From: Acidobacteriota bacterium | GTDB lineage: Bacteria > Acidobacteriota > UBA6911 > RPQK01 > JAJDTT01 | Assembly: GCA_965209055.1 (NCBI GenBank) | Contig: OZ242374.1 | Coordinates: 4,448,001 to 4,512,000, forward strand | Direction: 5' to 3' | Length of the DNA stretch: 64,000 nucleotides | Shown: positions 48,745-57,870 of the stretch, piece after piece | Position numbering within the stretch: the stretch's first letter is position 1 | Layout of the letters: the number at the start of each line of letters is the position of its first letter | Translations under genes and position numbers: made by a program | Notes under the pieces: generated by a model | What the model saw: the letters and a program-made list of their open reading frames with translations, nothing else | What the model was told of the DNA's origin: nothing | The model's database searches: none

Positions 48745-49956
48745 ATGGGCATCTACAAGGTGAAGGATCGCCGGGGGAGACGACGTTTCGTCGTCAGCAA
48801 GTACTGGCCGAACGGATCCGGTCGGCTCCGAATGTACGCCCCCAACTACCGGAGCGCACAGGCGCTTCAAACACGAATCGAGTCCAGCATCCTGGACGGC
48901 ACATGGAAGCAGCTCAAGGAGGAGCTCGCCGGCGGGAAACGCACCATCTGGACGGTCCGGAGCTTCTACGAGCGTTTCTTCGAGGAGTATTGCAAACCTC
49001 GTCTGCGCTCTTTGCGCCGGTACACGCTCTCGTTCAAGAGCCTCAACGCCATGCTGGGGAACATTCCCTTGAAGGAGTTCCAGCGCAAGGACCTCCACCG
49101 CTACGTCGCGAAACGGAAGGGGCAGGTCCAGCCGGCCACGGTGAACCGCGACATTGCGGCCCTCAGCAAGCTGTTTTCCTACGCGCTGGAGTGCGGGGAA
49201 GTGGACACGCACCCGCTGGTGAGATTCCCCAAACTCAAAGAACCCAAGAAGGTCTTCCGGCCCTTGACGGTTCAACAGTTCCGCGACCTGGTCGAGGCGG
49301 TGGACAACCCTTACCTGCAAGCCATGATCGCGGTGATCGGCGAGACGGGGATACGGAAAGGCGAAGCGTTGTCGCTCACCTGGAAACGGTTGGACCTGTC
49401 CCGGAGGCTGCTATGGGTGGAGTTCACCAAGGACGACGAGCCGAGGGAGATTCCGCTCTCGAAGTACGCTGCCGGATATCTGGCCGGGCTGGTTCGCTAC
49501 CTGAACATCCCTTACGTCTTCGTCAACACCCGGACGGGGACGAAATGGGTGAATCCCGACAAGCCTTTGCGCCGGGCCGCCGAGCGGGTGGGGTTGAAGG
49601 TCGGATTTCACGACCTGAGACGCTTCCGGTGCAGCCATTGGCTGATGCAGGGGGTGGACGTGAGGACGGTGCAGAAGCTGATGGGGCACTCATCGATCAG
49701 CACGACCATGCGCTACGCGGGTTACGTCAGTTCTCATGCACTCGCCAGCATACGGGAGGCACAGGCTACCGAAGACTCACAAATGCGACCGGCAACAAAC
49801 AGGCAACGGGCAGGAAATAGGGGAATGATTAGAGAAGAGCAGTGGCGTAAACCCTTGAAAACACAAGCACACGCCCCAAGCTCAGCAGGACAGAGCACGG
49901 GACTGTTAGTCCCCCATTCTTCAGTGTCGCTACTGGATACGATGGGTGGTAGGTGA
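48745..49956 (+). CDS. Tyrosine recombinase/phage-type integrase
   Basis: AGGAGG RBS. Catalytic R (GIRKGE), K (TKDD), HxxR (FHDLRR), H (LMGHSS) and Y (MRYA). PATVNRD core-binding motif. Confidence 0.93.
   Translation: MGIYKVKDRRGRRRFVVSKYWPNGSGRLRMYAPNYRSAQALQTRIESSILDGTWKQLKEELAGGKRTIWTVRSFYERFFEEYCKPRLRSLRRYTLSFKSLNAMLGNIPLKEFQRKDLHRYVAKRKGQVQPATVNRDIAALSKLFSYALECGEVDTHPLVRFPKLKEPKKVFRPLTVQQFRDLVEAVDNPYLQAMIAVIGETGIRKGEALSLTWKRLDLSRRLLWVEFTKDDEPREIPLSKYAAGYLAGLVRYLNIPYVFVNTRTGTKWVNPDKPLRRAAERVGLKVGFHDLRRFRCSHWLMQGVDVRTVQKLMGHSSISTTMRYAGYVSSHALASIREAQATEDSQMRPATNRQRAGNRGMIREEQWRKPLKTQAHAPSSAGQSTGLLVPHSSVSLLDTMGGR
49871..49914 (+). other. tRNA-like 5' half (acceptor 5' strand, D-arm, GTT anticodon arm) at the element's right end
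   Basis: ACGCCCCAAGCTCAGCAGGACAGAGC matches the local tRNA-Arg 5' end at 21/26 positions without gaps. D-stem GCTC/GAGC is intact. No T-arm follows. Confidence 0.7.
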
Positions 49957-50027
49957 AAGTGCATAGGGGGACTCCGTCCCCCTGCCCCCCCTGGTCGGCG
50001 ACAGGAAAGTCGCCGCTCCCTCGGCGG

Positions 50028-51776
50028 CTAGAAAGCCGCTGCTCCATCCGTTTCCGGTTCGTAGACGGGGTCGCCCCGATGAAGGCGGATGGCCACGCGG
50101 AGAGTCTGGTTCATGGCCCTTTGCGTCGGAGCGTGAGCCGCCAGATAACGGGCCGCTCCGACCATCACCAGATTCCTTTCCTCCCGATCCTCGGTCTCAC
50201 CGTATTGCCGAACGGCCGCCTCCAGCATCTGGAAGGTGTGGAAGTTGGCGTCTTCCCGCATCAGGCTCTCGGTCAAGGCCGAGATGAGCGGGCCGCCGGA
50301 CCCGCCGCCTTCCAGGTAGGTCCAGACCATCTGTCCGGCCCGGTCCGTCTCCTGCTGGTGGTTCATGAGTGTCAGGAGGCGGGACCGGATCGAATTCCCC
50401 CCGGATTCCGCGCCGGCCGCCGCCCGGCTTGAAGGCAGTCTTGCGGGCGGGATGTTGAAGAAACGGTCCAGGTAGACCCGCATGGCTCCGTGAAACACGC
50501 CCCTTGTCAGGTCCGGCGACTGGTTGCGTTTAAGCAGTTGATGCAGGGCATTGGAATAGGTGAAGGTGTGAAGGACGGCGATCCAGTCGGCCAACTCGTT
50601 CTGGACGTGAAAGTGGACGATGCGCAGCGCCGCGGCATAGGCCACCGCCTGGGCCAACTCCACCGGTTGGGCGCCCCCACGCAACGCCGCCAGCAGTGCC
50701 TCGATGGGGGTGTGAGGATCGTCGCTGAAAAGGGTTTCGGTGAAGTCCTGCGGCTTGGTCCAGATCTTCCCCTGCCCCGATTCCAGAGCCTCGGGAATCT
50801 GAGCCACGGCCTGGCGCAGCACCGGCACCAGATCGATGGGGTGCCGCCACGGGTTCCTCTCCTCGCTTCGAACCGCCAGGCACAGAGGCCGGATCAGGGC
50901 GGGCAGCAACCGGCCGGCATGTTCCCAGCCGATGCGGTCCAGCAGTTCGAAAGCCTTGTTCACGAAGTCGATGACGTGACCCCCATCCAGGTATACGTGG
51001 TCCGTGGCCGCGGCCCCGACCAGGTCGGTCAGTTGCGCGCTCGTCATCCCCTTGTGGACGGCGGTCAGAAGGCAGCGCTCGGCGCCCTCGGTGCTGCGGA
51101 CCTCCACGAAGTAGCGGAACCAGCGTTTGAGATGCTCTGCCGGGATTTCCTGATTTCGAAGGGGCGGGATCTCGAATTTGGGGGTGCGGCCGGCGCAGTC
51201 CCGGGCGATGTGGACCAGGCCATGGTACAGGGGCGGGATCCGCTCCGTCCCCTCCAGGAGGTCGCAGACATTGGCCATGGCGCTGAGAATGGTGAGGCCG
51301 GAACTCCAGTCCCGGCGATGCCGGACGCCGTAGAGCGCGCCCTGCCGCGCGACCTCATGGTGGGAGACGCCGCTGTGGTGCAGTCCCACCACCGACTTGC
51401 CCATGATCAAGCTGAGGTTCTGCTCCATTCCCTCCTGGAGCCGCCGGCTCCAGCGCTGGACCGGATCGACCGGCGGCGGCGTGACGTCCAGGTAGACCTC
51501 TCCGCCCCGGACCTCCACACGGAAGGAATCCACGTCGTCCGCGAACAGGTTGAAGGTGCATCCGCTCACCAGGTCGAAGCGCGCATGGTGCCAGTAGCAG
51601 GTGAGGATGCCGTCCTCCACGGTGCCGCGGTGCAGTGGAAAACCCATGTGCGGACAGCGGTTGTCGACGGCGCGCAGCTCTCCGTCGTGGTCGAAGATCA
51701 CGATGGGGACCGGACCCTTGGACACCACCAGGGGACTCCTGGACCGAACTTCCTCCAGCGATCCGACATGAATCAT
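50028..51776 (-). CDS. Rieske (2Fe-2S) domain protein with large C-terminal helical region
   Basis: CPHMGFPL...TCYWHHARFD Rieske motif. C-terminal GHVIDF, HTFTY and FHTFQ motifs. Confidence 0.85.
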   Translation of the reverse strand: MIHVGSLEEVRSRSPLVVSKGPVPIVIFDHDGELRAVDNRCPHMGFPLHRGTVEDGILTCYWHHARFDLVSGCTFNLFADDVDSFRVEVRGGEVYLDVTPPPVDPVQRWSRRLQEGMEQNLSLIMGKSVVGLHHSGVSHHEVARQGALYGVRHRRDWSSGLTILSAMANVCDLLEGTERIPPLYHGLVHIARDCAGRTPKFEIPPLRNQEIPAEHLKRWFRYFVEVRSTEGAERCLLTAVHKGMTSAQLTDLVGAAATDHVYLDGGHVIDFVNKAFELLDRIGWEHAGRLLPALIRPLCLAVRSEERNPWRHPIDLVPVLRQAVAQIPEALESGQGKIWTKPQDFTETLFSDDPHTPIEALLAALRGGAQPVELAQAVAYAAALRIVHFHVQNELADWIAVLHTFTYSNALHQLLKRNQSPDLTRGVFHGAMRVYLDRFFNIPPARLPSSRAAAGAESGGNSIRSRLLTLMNHQQETDRAGQMVWTYLEGGGSGGPLISALTESLMREDANFHTFQMLEAAVRQYGETEDREERNLVMVGAARYLAAHAPTQRAMNQTLRVAIRLHRGDPVYEPETDGAAAF

Positions 51777-51845
51777 TGTTCTCTCTCCTCGTTCACGTAC
51801 GATTCCGCTACACTTCCCTTCGGCAAGAAGGGAGGCGATTCACCC

Positions 51846-53153
51846 ATGAAACAGAAACCTGCGGCGTTTTCCGATTTCCTACGCTCCATCCTGCCGGTGC
51901 TGTTGTTGTGCGCGGCCTGCGCCGGTCCCGCAAACAAAGCCCCGGAGACGGACCCGGTCACGGAAATCCTCCGGCAGAACATGGTCGTCGACCCTGCGGT
52001 CACCACGCGGTTTTTCCGCTTCCCCAAGGAGCCGGAAACCGCGTTCGATCCGGCGGCCCTGCTGGCGGAAGGGATCGACGTCGCCGTCTTGGGCATCGGG
52101 ACGGTCACCGAGGCGCTCATCGTGGGAGACTTCACCCCCTACGTCTACACGTCCCCCGAACCGGGGCATGTCCTGGCTCGAAGTGTCTTCACTGGCGCCG
52201 ACGCCGTCAAGCGTTTCCTATGGGAAGTGGACGCCGTTCACGAGACGGCCGCTGCCCACTCCAACGTGGTCCTGGCTCTCACCGCGGATGATCTGGAACG
52301 CTTCCGCGCGGAAGGCAAGTTCTCCTTCATGCTGGGCGTGGACAGCGGCATCGTGGTGGAGGACCTGGCCACCCTGCGCGTCTACCACAAGCTGGGACTC
52401 CGGCGCCTGGAACTGGCTCACGCCTTCCCCGCCTCCTGGGCCGATGCCTGCTCCGGAATCCTGGACGACGACGACCTGGGACTGAACGACTTCGGGCTGG
52501 AGGTGGTGCGGGAGTGCAATCGCCTGGGGATCCTGGTGGACCTCTCCCATTCCTCGGACCAGACCATGAAAGAGGCCATCGAGGCGTCCGAGAAACCGGT
52601 CATCGCGTCCCATTCGGGAGCCCGGGCCCTGGTCGACGCAGTCCGAAACCTTACGGACGATCTCATCAAGGCGCTGGCCCGAAAAGGCGGATTGATCGCC
52701 GTCGGAGCCTACTACGACCCCCAACACCTGGAAGCGATCCGGACGGTGGGAACCTGGACCGCCCAGGCCCGGATCGGAAACTACCTGGCCCAACAATATC
52801 CGGATCCCTACCGCCTGGCCGCGGCCATCCGCGACCCCGCCGAGAAGCAGAAGGCTCTCGAGGTCCTGGGCCTGCCTCCTCTGACTCCCCTCCTGACCGT
52901 CCAACCCTACTCGGGACTCATCACTCACGGCTCCAACGTGGAAGGCACCCTGGACCACATCGATCACATCGTCAAGCTGGTCGGGATCGACCACGTGGGC
53001 ATCGGGACCGACATTGACATGAACCGGGAAGACTACACCTGGCTCTACCGGCAGTTCGCGGGCGGTCTCCTGGAGCGAGGTTATTCGGTGGAGGAGATCG
53101 CCAAGATCCTGGGCGGGAACTTCCTGCGCGTGCTCCGGGCCAACGAGGGGTAG
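51846..53153 (+). CDS. Membrane dipeptidase (M19/amidohydrolase) family lipoprotein, paralog 1
   Basis: Lipobox LCAAC, GL.DFG.EVVRECNRLGILVDLSH, ASHS, RNLTD, GTD and LGGNFLRV. Confidence 0.85.
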   Translation: MKQKPAAFSDFLRSILPVLLLCAACAGPANKAPETDPVTEILRQNMVVDPAVTTRFFRFPKEPETAFDPAALLAEGIDVAVLGIGTVTEALIVGDFTPYVYTSPEPGHVLARSVFTGADAVKRFLWEVDAVHETAAAHSNVVLALTADDLERFRAEGKFSFMLGVDSGIVVEDLATLRVYHKLGLRRLELAHAFPASWADACSGILDDDDLGLNDFGLEVVRECNRLGILVDLSHSSDQTMKEAIEASEKPVIASHSGARALVDAVRNLTDDLIKALARKGGLIAVGAYYDPQHLEAIRTVGTWTAQARIGNYLAQQYPDPYRLAAAIRDPAEKQKALEVLGLPPLTPLLTVQPYSGLITHGSNVEGTLDHIDHIVKLVGIDHVGIGTDIDMNREDYTWLYRQFAGGLLERGYSVEEIAKILGGNFLRVLRANEG

Positions 53154-53196
53154 ACAGCGCCGCACCCTTCTCATCAATCTAGGAGACAACTTTCCC

Positions 53197-54504
53197 ATGT
53201 ACCTGAACAGAAGCCGGCTTTCCGTCCCATTTCGAACCGCGTTTTCCATCGTTCTGCTGTGCGCGGCCTGCGCCGGACCCGCTCCCGAGGCGCCGGATGC
53301 GGATCCGGCCGCCGCGATTCTCCAGCGGCACATGGTGGTCGATCCGGCGGTCACGACGCGGTTTTTTCGCTTTCCCGAGGAACCAAAGACCTCCTTCGAT
53401 CCGTCGGCATTGCTGGCGGAAGGGATCGACGTGGCCGTTTTGGGCGTCGGCACCGTCACCGAGGCGCTCCTGGTGGGGGACCTGAGTGACTACTGGTACA
53501 CCTCTCCCCCACCGGGGTATGTCATAGCTAAAAGCGTCTTCACCGGCGCCGATGCCGTCAAACGTTTCCTTTGGGAAATCGATGCCGTCCACGAAGCCGC
53601 CGCTGCCCATCCCCAGGTGGAGGTGGCTCTCACCGCGGATGACCTGGAACGCTTCCGCGCCGAAGGCAAGCTCTCCCTCATGCTGGGCGTGGACAGCGGC
53701 ATCGTGGTCGAGGACCTGGCCACCCTTCGCGTCTACCACAAGCTGGGCCTCAGGCGCCTGGAACTGGCTCACGCCTTCCCCGCCTCCTGGGCCGATGCCT
53801 GCTCCGGAATCCTGGACGACGACGACCTGGGACTGAACGACTTCGGTCTTGAGGTGGTGCGGGAGTGCAACCGCCTGGGCATCCTGGTGGATCTGTCCCA
53901 TTCCTCGGACCAGACCATGGACGAAGCCATCGAAGCCTCCGGGAAACCGGTCATCGCGTCCCATTCAGGGGCCCGGGGTGTCGTCGATGCGGTTCGCAAC
54001 CTCACCGACGACCAGATCAATGCACTGGCCCAAAAGGGCGGATTGATCGCCGTCGGCGCCATGTACGACCCCAAACACCTGGAACCGATCCGCAAGACCG
54101 GGGCGTGGATCACCATTGCGCAGGTCAACAACTATCTGTTGGAACGCTATCCGGACCCCTTCCGGCTGGCTGCGGCCATACGCAACCCGGCAGAGAAGCT
54201 GGAAGCTCGCCAGGCCTTGGATCTGGAGCCTCTGTCTTCCCTCCACAAAGTCCGGCCCCGGTCGGGAGTCATCACCCAAGGGGCGACCGTGGAAGGCACC
54301 CTGGACCACATCGACTACATCGTGAAGCTGGTGGGCATCGACCACGTCAGCATCGGAACCGACACGGACATCGGGAGGGAAGACTACACGTGGCTCTACC
54401 AGCAGTTCGTCGGCGGTCTGCTGGAACGAGGATACTCGGAGGAGGAGATCGTCAAAATCCTGAGCGGGAACTTTCTGCGCGTGCTCCGTGCCAACGAGGA
54501 GTAG
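53197..54504 (+). CDS. Membrane dipeptidase (M19/amidohydrolase) family lipoprotein, paralog 2
   Basis: Same motifs as paralog 1. Tandem duplicate. Confidence 0.85.
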   Translation: MYLNRSRLSVPFRTAFSIVLLCAACAGPAPEAPDADPAAAILQRHMVVDPAVTTRFFRFPEEPKTSFDPSALLAEGIDVAVLGVGTVTEALLVGDLSDYWYTSPPPGYVIAKSVFTGADAVKRFLWEIDAVHEAAAAHPQVEVALTADDLERFRAEGKLSLMLGVDSGIVVEDLATLRVYHKLGLRRLELAHAFPASWADACSGILDDDDLGLNDFGLEVVRECNRLGILVDLSHSSDQTMDEAIEASGKPVIASHSGARGVVDAVRNLTDDQINALAQKGGLIAVGAMYDPKHLEPIRKTGAWITIAQVNNYLLERYPDPFRLAAAIRNPAEKLEARQALDLEPLSSLHKVRPRSGVITQGATVEGTLDHIDYIVKLVGIDHVSIGTDTDIGREDYTWLYQQFVGGLLERGYSEEEIVKILSGNFLRVLRANEE

Positions 54505-54564
54505 GCTAATGGCACCGCACCTTCCACAAATCGGCTCTCATGATTGCTGTCGGAGGTCGCTGCC

Positions 54565-55047
54565 TCAGGCACCATCGGCACCGGGAACGCAAAGGTCCCC
54601 CACGCGATCAACTACACGCTGGGCATGCTCGTAATACTCACGGATGCGGCTGTAGGTCAGTCCGACGGAACCTCCGTGAGCGATGACATTGCGCAGGCTC
54701 ACGATACTGTCGACCGCCACCTTACGTTCTTCGACCAGGAATTCCTCCAGTTCCTGCTGCCAATTCGGGTCGAAACTGCCCAAGAGCTGTTGGACGCGCG
54801 AGGCCTTCGCGTTCGTGAATCTCTTCGTTCGCAGCTCGACAAATCGTTGCAGTGTCGGCCCGCCCTTTTGCCGCGCATGTTCCAGTACAAACGCAACCAC
54901 AGCCTTCTCGATATAGCCCGAGACCAAAACACAGAGGTATCTGGCGAAGTCCGCCTGCAACTTGAGGTCTGGCCCGACGACGTTCGCTCGGTTGAAGGTC
55001 GCGTCAAGCCGCTGCTTCATCATGGAAACCTCAGCACGGCCTGTCAT
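54565..55047 (-). CDS. HEPN domain protein (RiboL-PSP/MAE_28990-like putative RNase)
   Basis: All-helical 160 aa, VLVSGYIE, RxxxxH motif RNVIAH. Overlaps the upstream gene stop. Confidence 0.8.
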   Translation of the reverse strand: MTGRAEVSMMKQRLDATFNRANVVGPDLKLQADFARYLCVLVSGYIEKAVVAFVLEHARQKGGPTLQRFVELRTKRFTNAKASRVQQLLGSFDPNWQQELEEFLVEERKVAVDSIVSLRNVIAHGGSVGLTYSRIREYYEHAQRVVDRVGDLCVPGADGA

Positions 55048-56183
55048 CTGACATCCACAAAGATATCCTTCGCGAGCTTCATTCGAGTCCGGACATTGGC
55101 CTCTTGCGAAGTCCCCTTGTCAGTCGCTGCGAGGTATTCGTGACTACTGAGCAACGACCGGTACCGGCGCAGGAATTGCTCGGCATCCCCTATCTCTCCA
55201 GACCTGAGACGTTTGGCAACTCCCGTCATCAAGGAGTCCACGACAGCGGCGTTCACGGCTCTCTTGGGTCGGAATGCTCGCCGCCCCAGAATGCTGTTCA
55301 ATACCGAAGTGGTCCTGCAGAAAACCTGTCGCAGTTCTGCCTCTGACTGCCTGTCAAGGTTCCGGTTCTCAGCCATGTACCGATTCAGGAAATCCTTCAT
55401 CGGCCTGCGATACCGATCGAAGCGATAGTAGAAGGCAAAGAATCGGAGGATCATCTCCATGTCCTTCAGACGCCGGGATTTTTTGCCGTACAGTTCTCGC
55501 CATGCCCGCTCTTCGTTGAGGCTCTTCAGAACCCGCACCAGTTGGCCATGATAGAGGGCCACACGGATCTCCTGGGGTTGGAGATTGACGCCTCCGGCAT
55601 TCAGGCGCTCGAAAATAATGTAAATACTACTTTGGTCCTCACTCGGCTCGTCCTGCCTGACGACGGTGGCGTGAATGATACTGTCGCCGAGTCTTCGACG
55701 GTCCTCTATATCCAGATCCGTGAAACGCATTCCCACGAAACGCCTTTGTACGTTTTCGAGGCGGTATTCCCGACCGTTGATCAGTCCTTTGTAATACCGG
55801 TGGAGGGTGTGGAGCCGTTGGTGTCCATCGAGCACCAGTAAGCGACCCGACGCTTCCCTGACCAGAAAAATACCGGGAACAGGCAGACCAAGGAGGAGGG
55901 ACTCAATGAACTTGTCCGCCTTCGGCTTCGGCCATACGTATTCGCGTTGAAATCCGACGATCCTGCTGTCTTCTTCGGAAACCCAGTCAAATGTCGGTAC
56001 AATGATGTCGCCGCGATCAAGTTGTTTTACGAGGGAATCCACAGGGCAGTCCGCACCATAGAACGTGATGCTATGGGTATACGGAATGACCTCATCTGCT
56101 TCGTCGAGGACATCTACGTCCTCTTCGACCCGGTTGTCGACAAGCGCTGACTCAGACATTTCCTGATGTCGAATTTCTCCCAT
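55044..56183 (-). CDS. DUF262 (GmrSD/ParB-like) domain protein
   Basis: FQREYVW, IESLLLGLPVP, LDGHQRL and IFERLNAGG..L.PQEIR. Confidence 0.9.
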   Translation of the reverse strand: MGEIRHQEMSESALVDNRVEEDVDVLDEADEVIPYTHSITFYGADCPVDSLVKQLDRGDIIVPTFDWVSEEDSRIVGFQREYVWPKPKADKFIESLLLGLPVPGIFLVREASGRLLVLDGHQRLHTLHRYYKGLINGREYRLENVQRRFVGMRFTDLDIEDRRRLGDSIIHATVVRQDEPSEDQSSIYIIFERLNAGGVNLQPQEIRVALYHGQLVRVLKSLNEERAWRELYGKKSRRLKDMEMILRFFAFYYRFDRYRRPMKDFLNRYMAENRNLDRQSEAELRQVFCRTTSVLNSILGRRAFRPKRAVNAAVVDSLMTGVAKRLRSGEIGDAEQFLRRYRSLLSSHEYLAATDKGTSQEANVRTRMKLAKDIFVDVR

Positions 56184-56340
56184 GATCCTCTTCCATGCAG
56201 TTGGCGGTCACCACTTACCCTAACGTGCCGAAGGCAAAATCCGTCACGGAATTTGCCGCGTGCGGTCAGGCTACTGCGCCGGCCAGCGGCGATTCAACTG
56301 GCACTCCGCTGCGTTGCGGCTTCTTGAGGGGAACCTGGCG

Positions 56341-57870
56341 ATGACGCCGTTTCTGGCCATGGGCGGTCCACCGGGCCGATTCGAGGGGCTCCACGGCGTC
56401 GACTATGCGGCCATCCTCTTTTACCTGGCCGCAGTCGTCCTCCTCGGCTACACCTTCAGCCGGCGCCAGAGCGACACCGAGGAGTACTTCCTGGCGGGGC
56501 GGAACATGCCCTGGTTCGCCGTGGGGCTGAGCCTGCTGGCCTCCATCCTCTCCACCATCACCTATCTCTCCCACCCCGGCGAGATCATCAAACACGGACT
56601 GGGCGCCAACTCCCAGTTGCTCTCCTATCCCATCGTCTTCCTTCTGGTGGGGTACCTGGTGGTTCCCTTCCTGATGCGACTGAAGATCACCTCGGCCTAC
56701 GAGTGCCTGGAGCGGCAATTCGACCTCTCCACGCGCCTCTTCGGGGCCACCATCTTCGTCCTGATCCGGCTGGCGTGGATGGGGACCATCGTCTTCACGG
56801 CAGCCGGCGCCCTGGCCACCATCAGCGGCCTGCCCTTCACCACGGTGGTCCTGGGGGTGGCGGCCGTGGGCACCGTCTATACGACTCTGGGCGGGATCCG
56901 GGCCGTGATCTGGACCGACGTGGTGCAGTTCTTCATCCTCCTGGCCGGCGCCCTATTCACCATCGCGTATGTCGCCCTCGACGCCGGGACCGGACCGCTC
57001 ACCTGGTACGGGCAGATGGCGGCGGCGGACATGGAGCCCCAGCCTCTCTTCAGCCTCGACCCGACGGTCCGGTTGACCTGGTTCGGGATGATCCTGTGGA
57101 CCCTCTTCTGGTGGATCTGCACCGCGGCCGGAGACCAGGTGGCCGTCCAGCGCTATCTCAGCACCGGCTCGGCCGCTTCGGCGCGGCGCTCGTTCGCCTG
57201 CAATCTGACGGCGAGCGTCGTCATCACTCTCCTTCTGAGCCTGTGCGGAATGGCGCTCTATTCCTACTACCAGACCCATCTCCCCGCGGACACGGACAGC
57301 GTCTTCCCGCACTTCATCGGTCACGTCCTCCCCCGGGGCCTGGCCGGGCTGGTGGTGGCGGCCCTCTTCTCCGCGGCCATGTCGAGCCTGGATTCGGGGA
57401 TCAATTCCATCTCCTCAGTGATCATTACCGACTACTACCGGCGTCTCCGGACCGTGGCCGTCACTCCCCACGGCGAGTTGAAGCTGGCCCGGGCCGTGAC
57501 CGTCGCCGCGGGAGTCGCAGCCATCCTGATCTGTTTCCTGTTGGATTCCATTCCCGACGATCAGCGTGGAAACCTCTTCGACCTGACGGGCCGGATCAGC
57601 AGCTTCCTGGTGGGCACCCTGGGGGCGATGATGTTTCTGGCCATCCTGAAGGTCCCGGCCAGCGGCCGGGCGGTCATCGTGTCCGCCCTTGCGGGGATGT
57701 CGGCGGGCCTGGTCTGGGCCCAGGGCCACTGGCTCTTCGGCCTCCCGCGGTTGGCCTGGATGTGGGTGATCCCGGTCTCCTCGCTGATCACGTTCGGATC
57801 GGCGCTGGTCCTGTCCCGAATTTGTCCCGCCCGGACTCGGGAGCGGCCAAACCAGGAGTTCGTTGAATGA
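56341..57870 (+). CDS. Sodium:solute symporter (SSS family)
   Basis: EYFLAGRNMPW, GGIRAVIWTDVVQ, DQVAVQRYL and AAMSSLDSGINS. Confidence 0.92.
   Translation: MTPFLAMGGPPGRFEGLHGVDYAAILFYLAAVVLLGYTFSRRQSDTEEYFLAGRNMPWFAVGLSLLASILSTITYLSHPGEIIKHGLGANSQLLSYPIVFLLVGYLVVPFLMRLKITSAYECLERQFDLSTRLFGATIFVLIRLAWMGTIVFTAAGALATISGLPFTTVVLGVAAVGTVYTTLGGIRAVIWTDVVQFFILLAGALFTIAYVALDAGTGPLTWYGQMAAADMEPQPLFSLDPTVRLTWFGMILWTLFWWICTAAGDQVAVQRYLSTGSAASARRSFACNLTASVVITLLLSLCGMALYSYYQTHLPADTDSVFPHFIGHVLPRGLAGLVVAALFSAAMSSLDSGINSISSVIITDYYRRLRTVAVTPHGELKLARAVTVAAGVAAILICFLLDSIPDDQRGNLFDLTGRISSFLVGTLGAMMFLAILKVPASGRAVIVSALAGMSAGLVWAQGHWLFGLPRLAWMWVIPVSSLITFGSALVLSRICPARTRERPNQEFVE

Larger units (their letters stand above)
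47132..49913 (+). mobile_element. Small integrative element (tyrosine integrase) flanked by 15-bp direct repeats GGGACTGTTAGTCCC
   Basis: Core at 47132-47146 and 49899-49913. Intact integrase. Shared ggcaacaaacaggca near both ends. The empty site can be rebuilt to match a host repeat. Confidence 0.88.
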
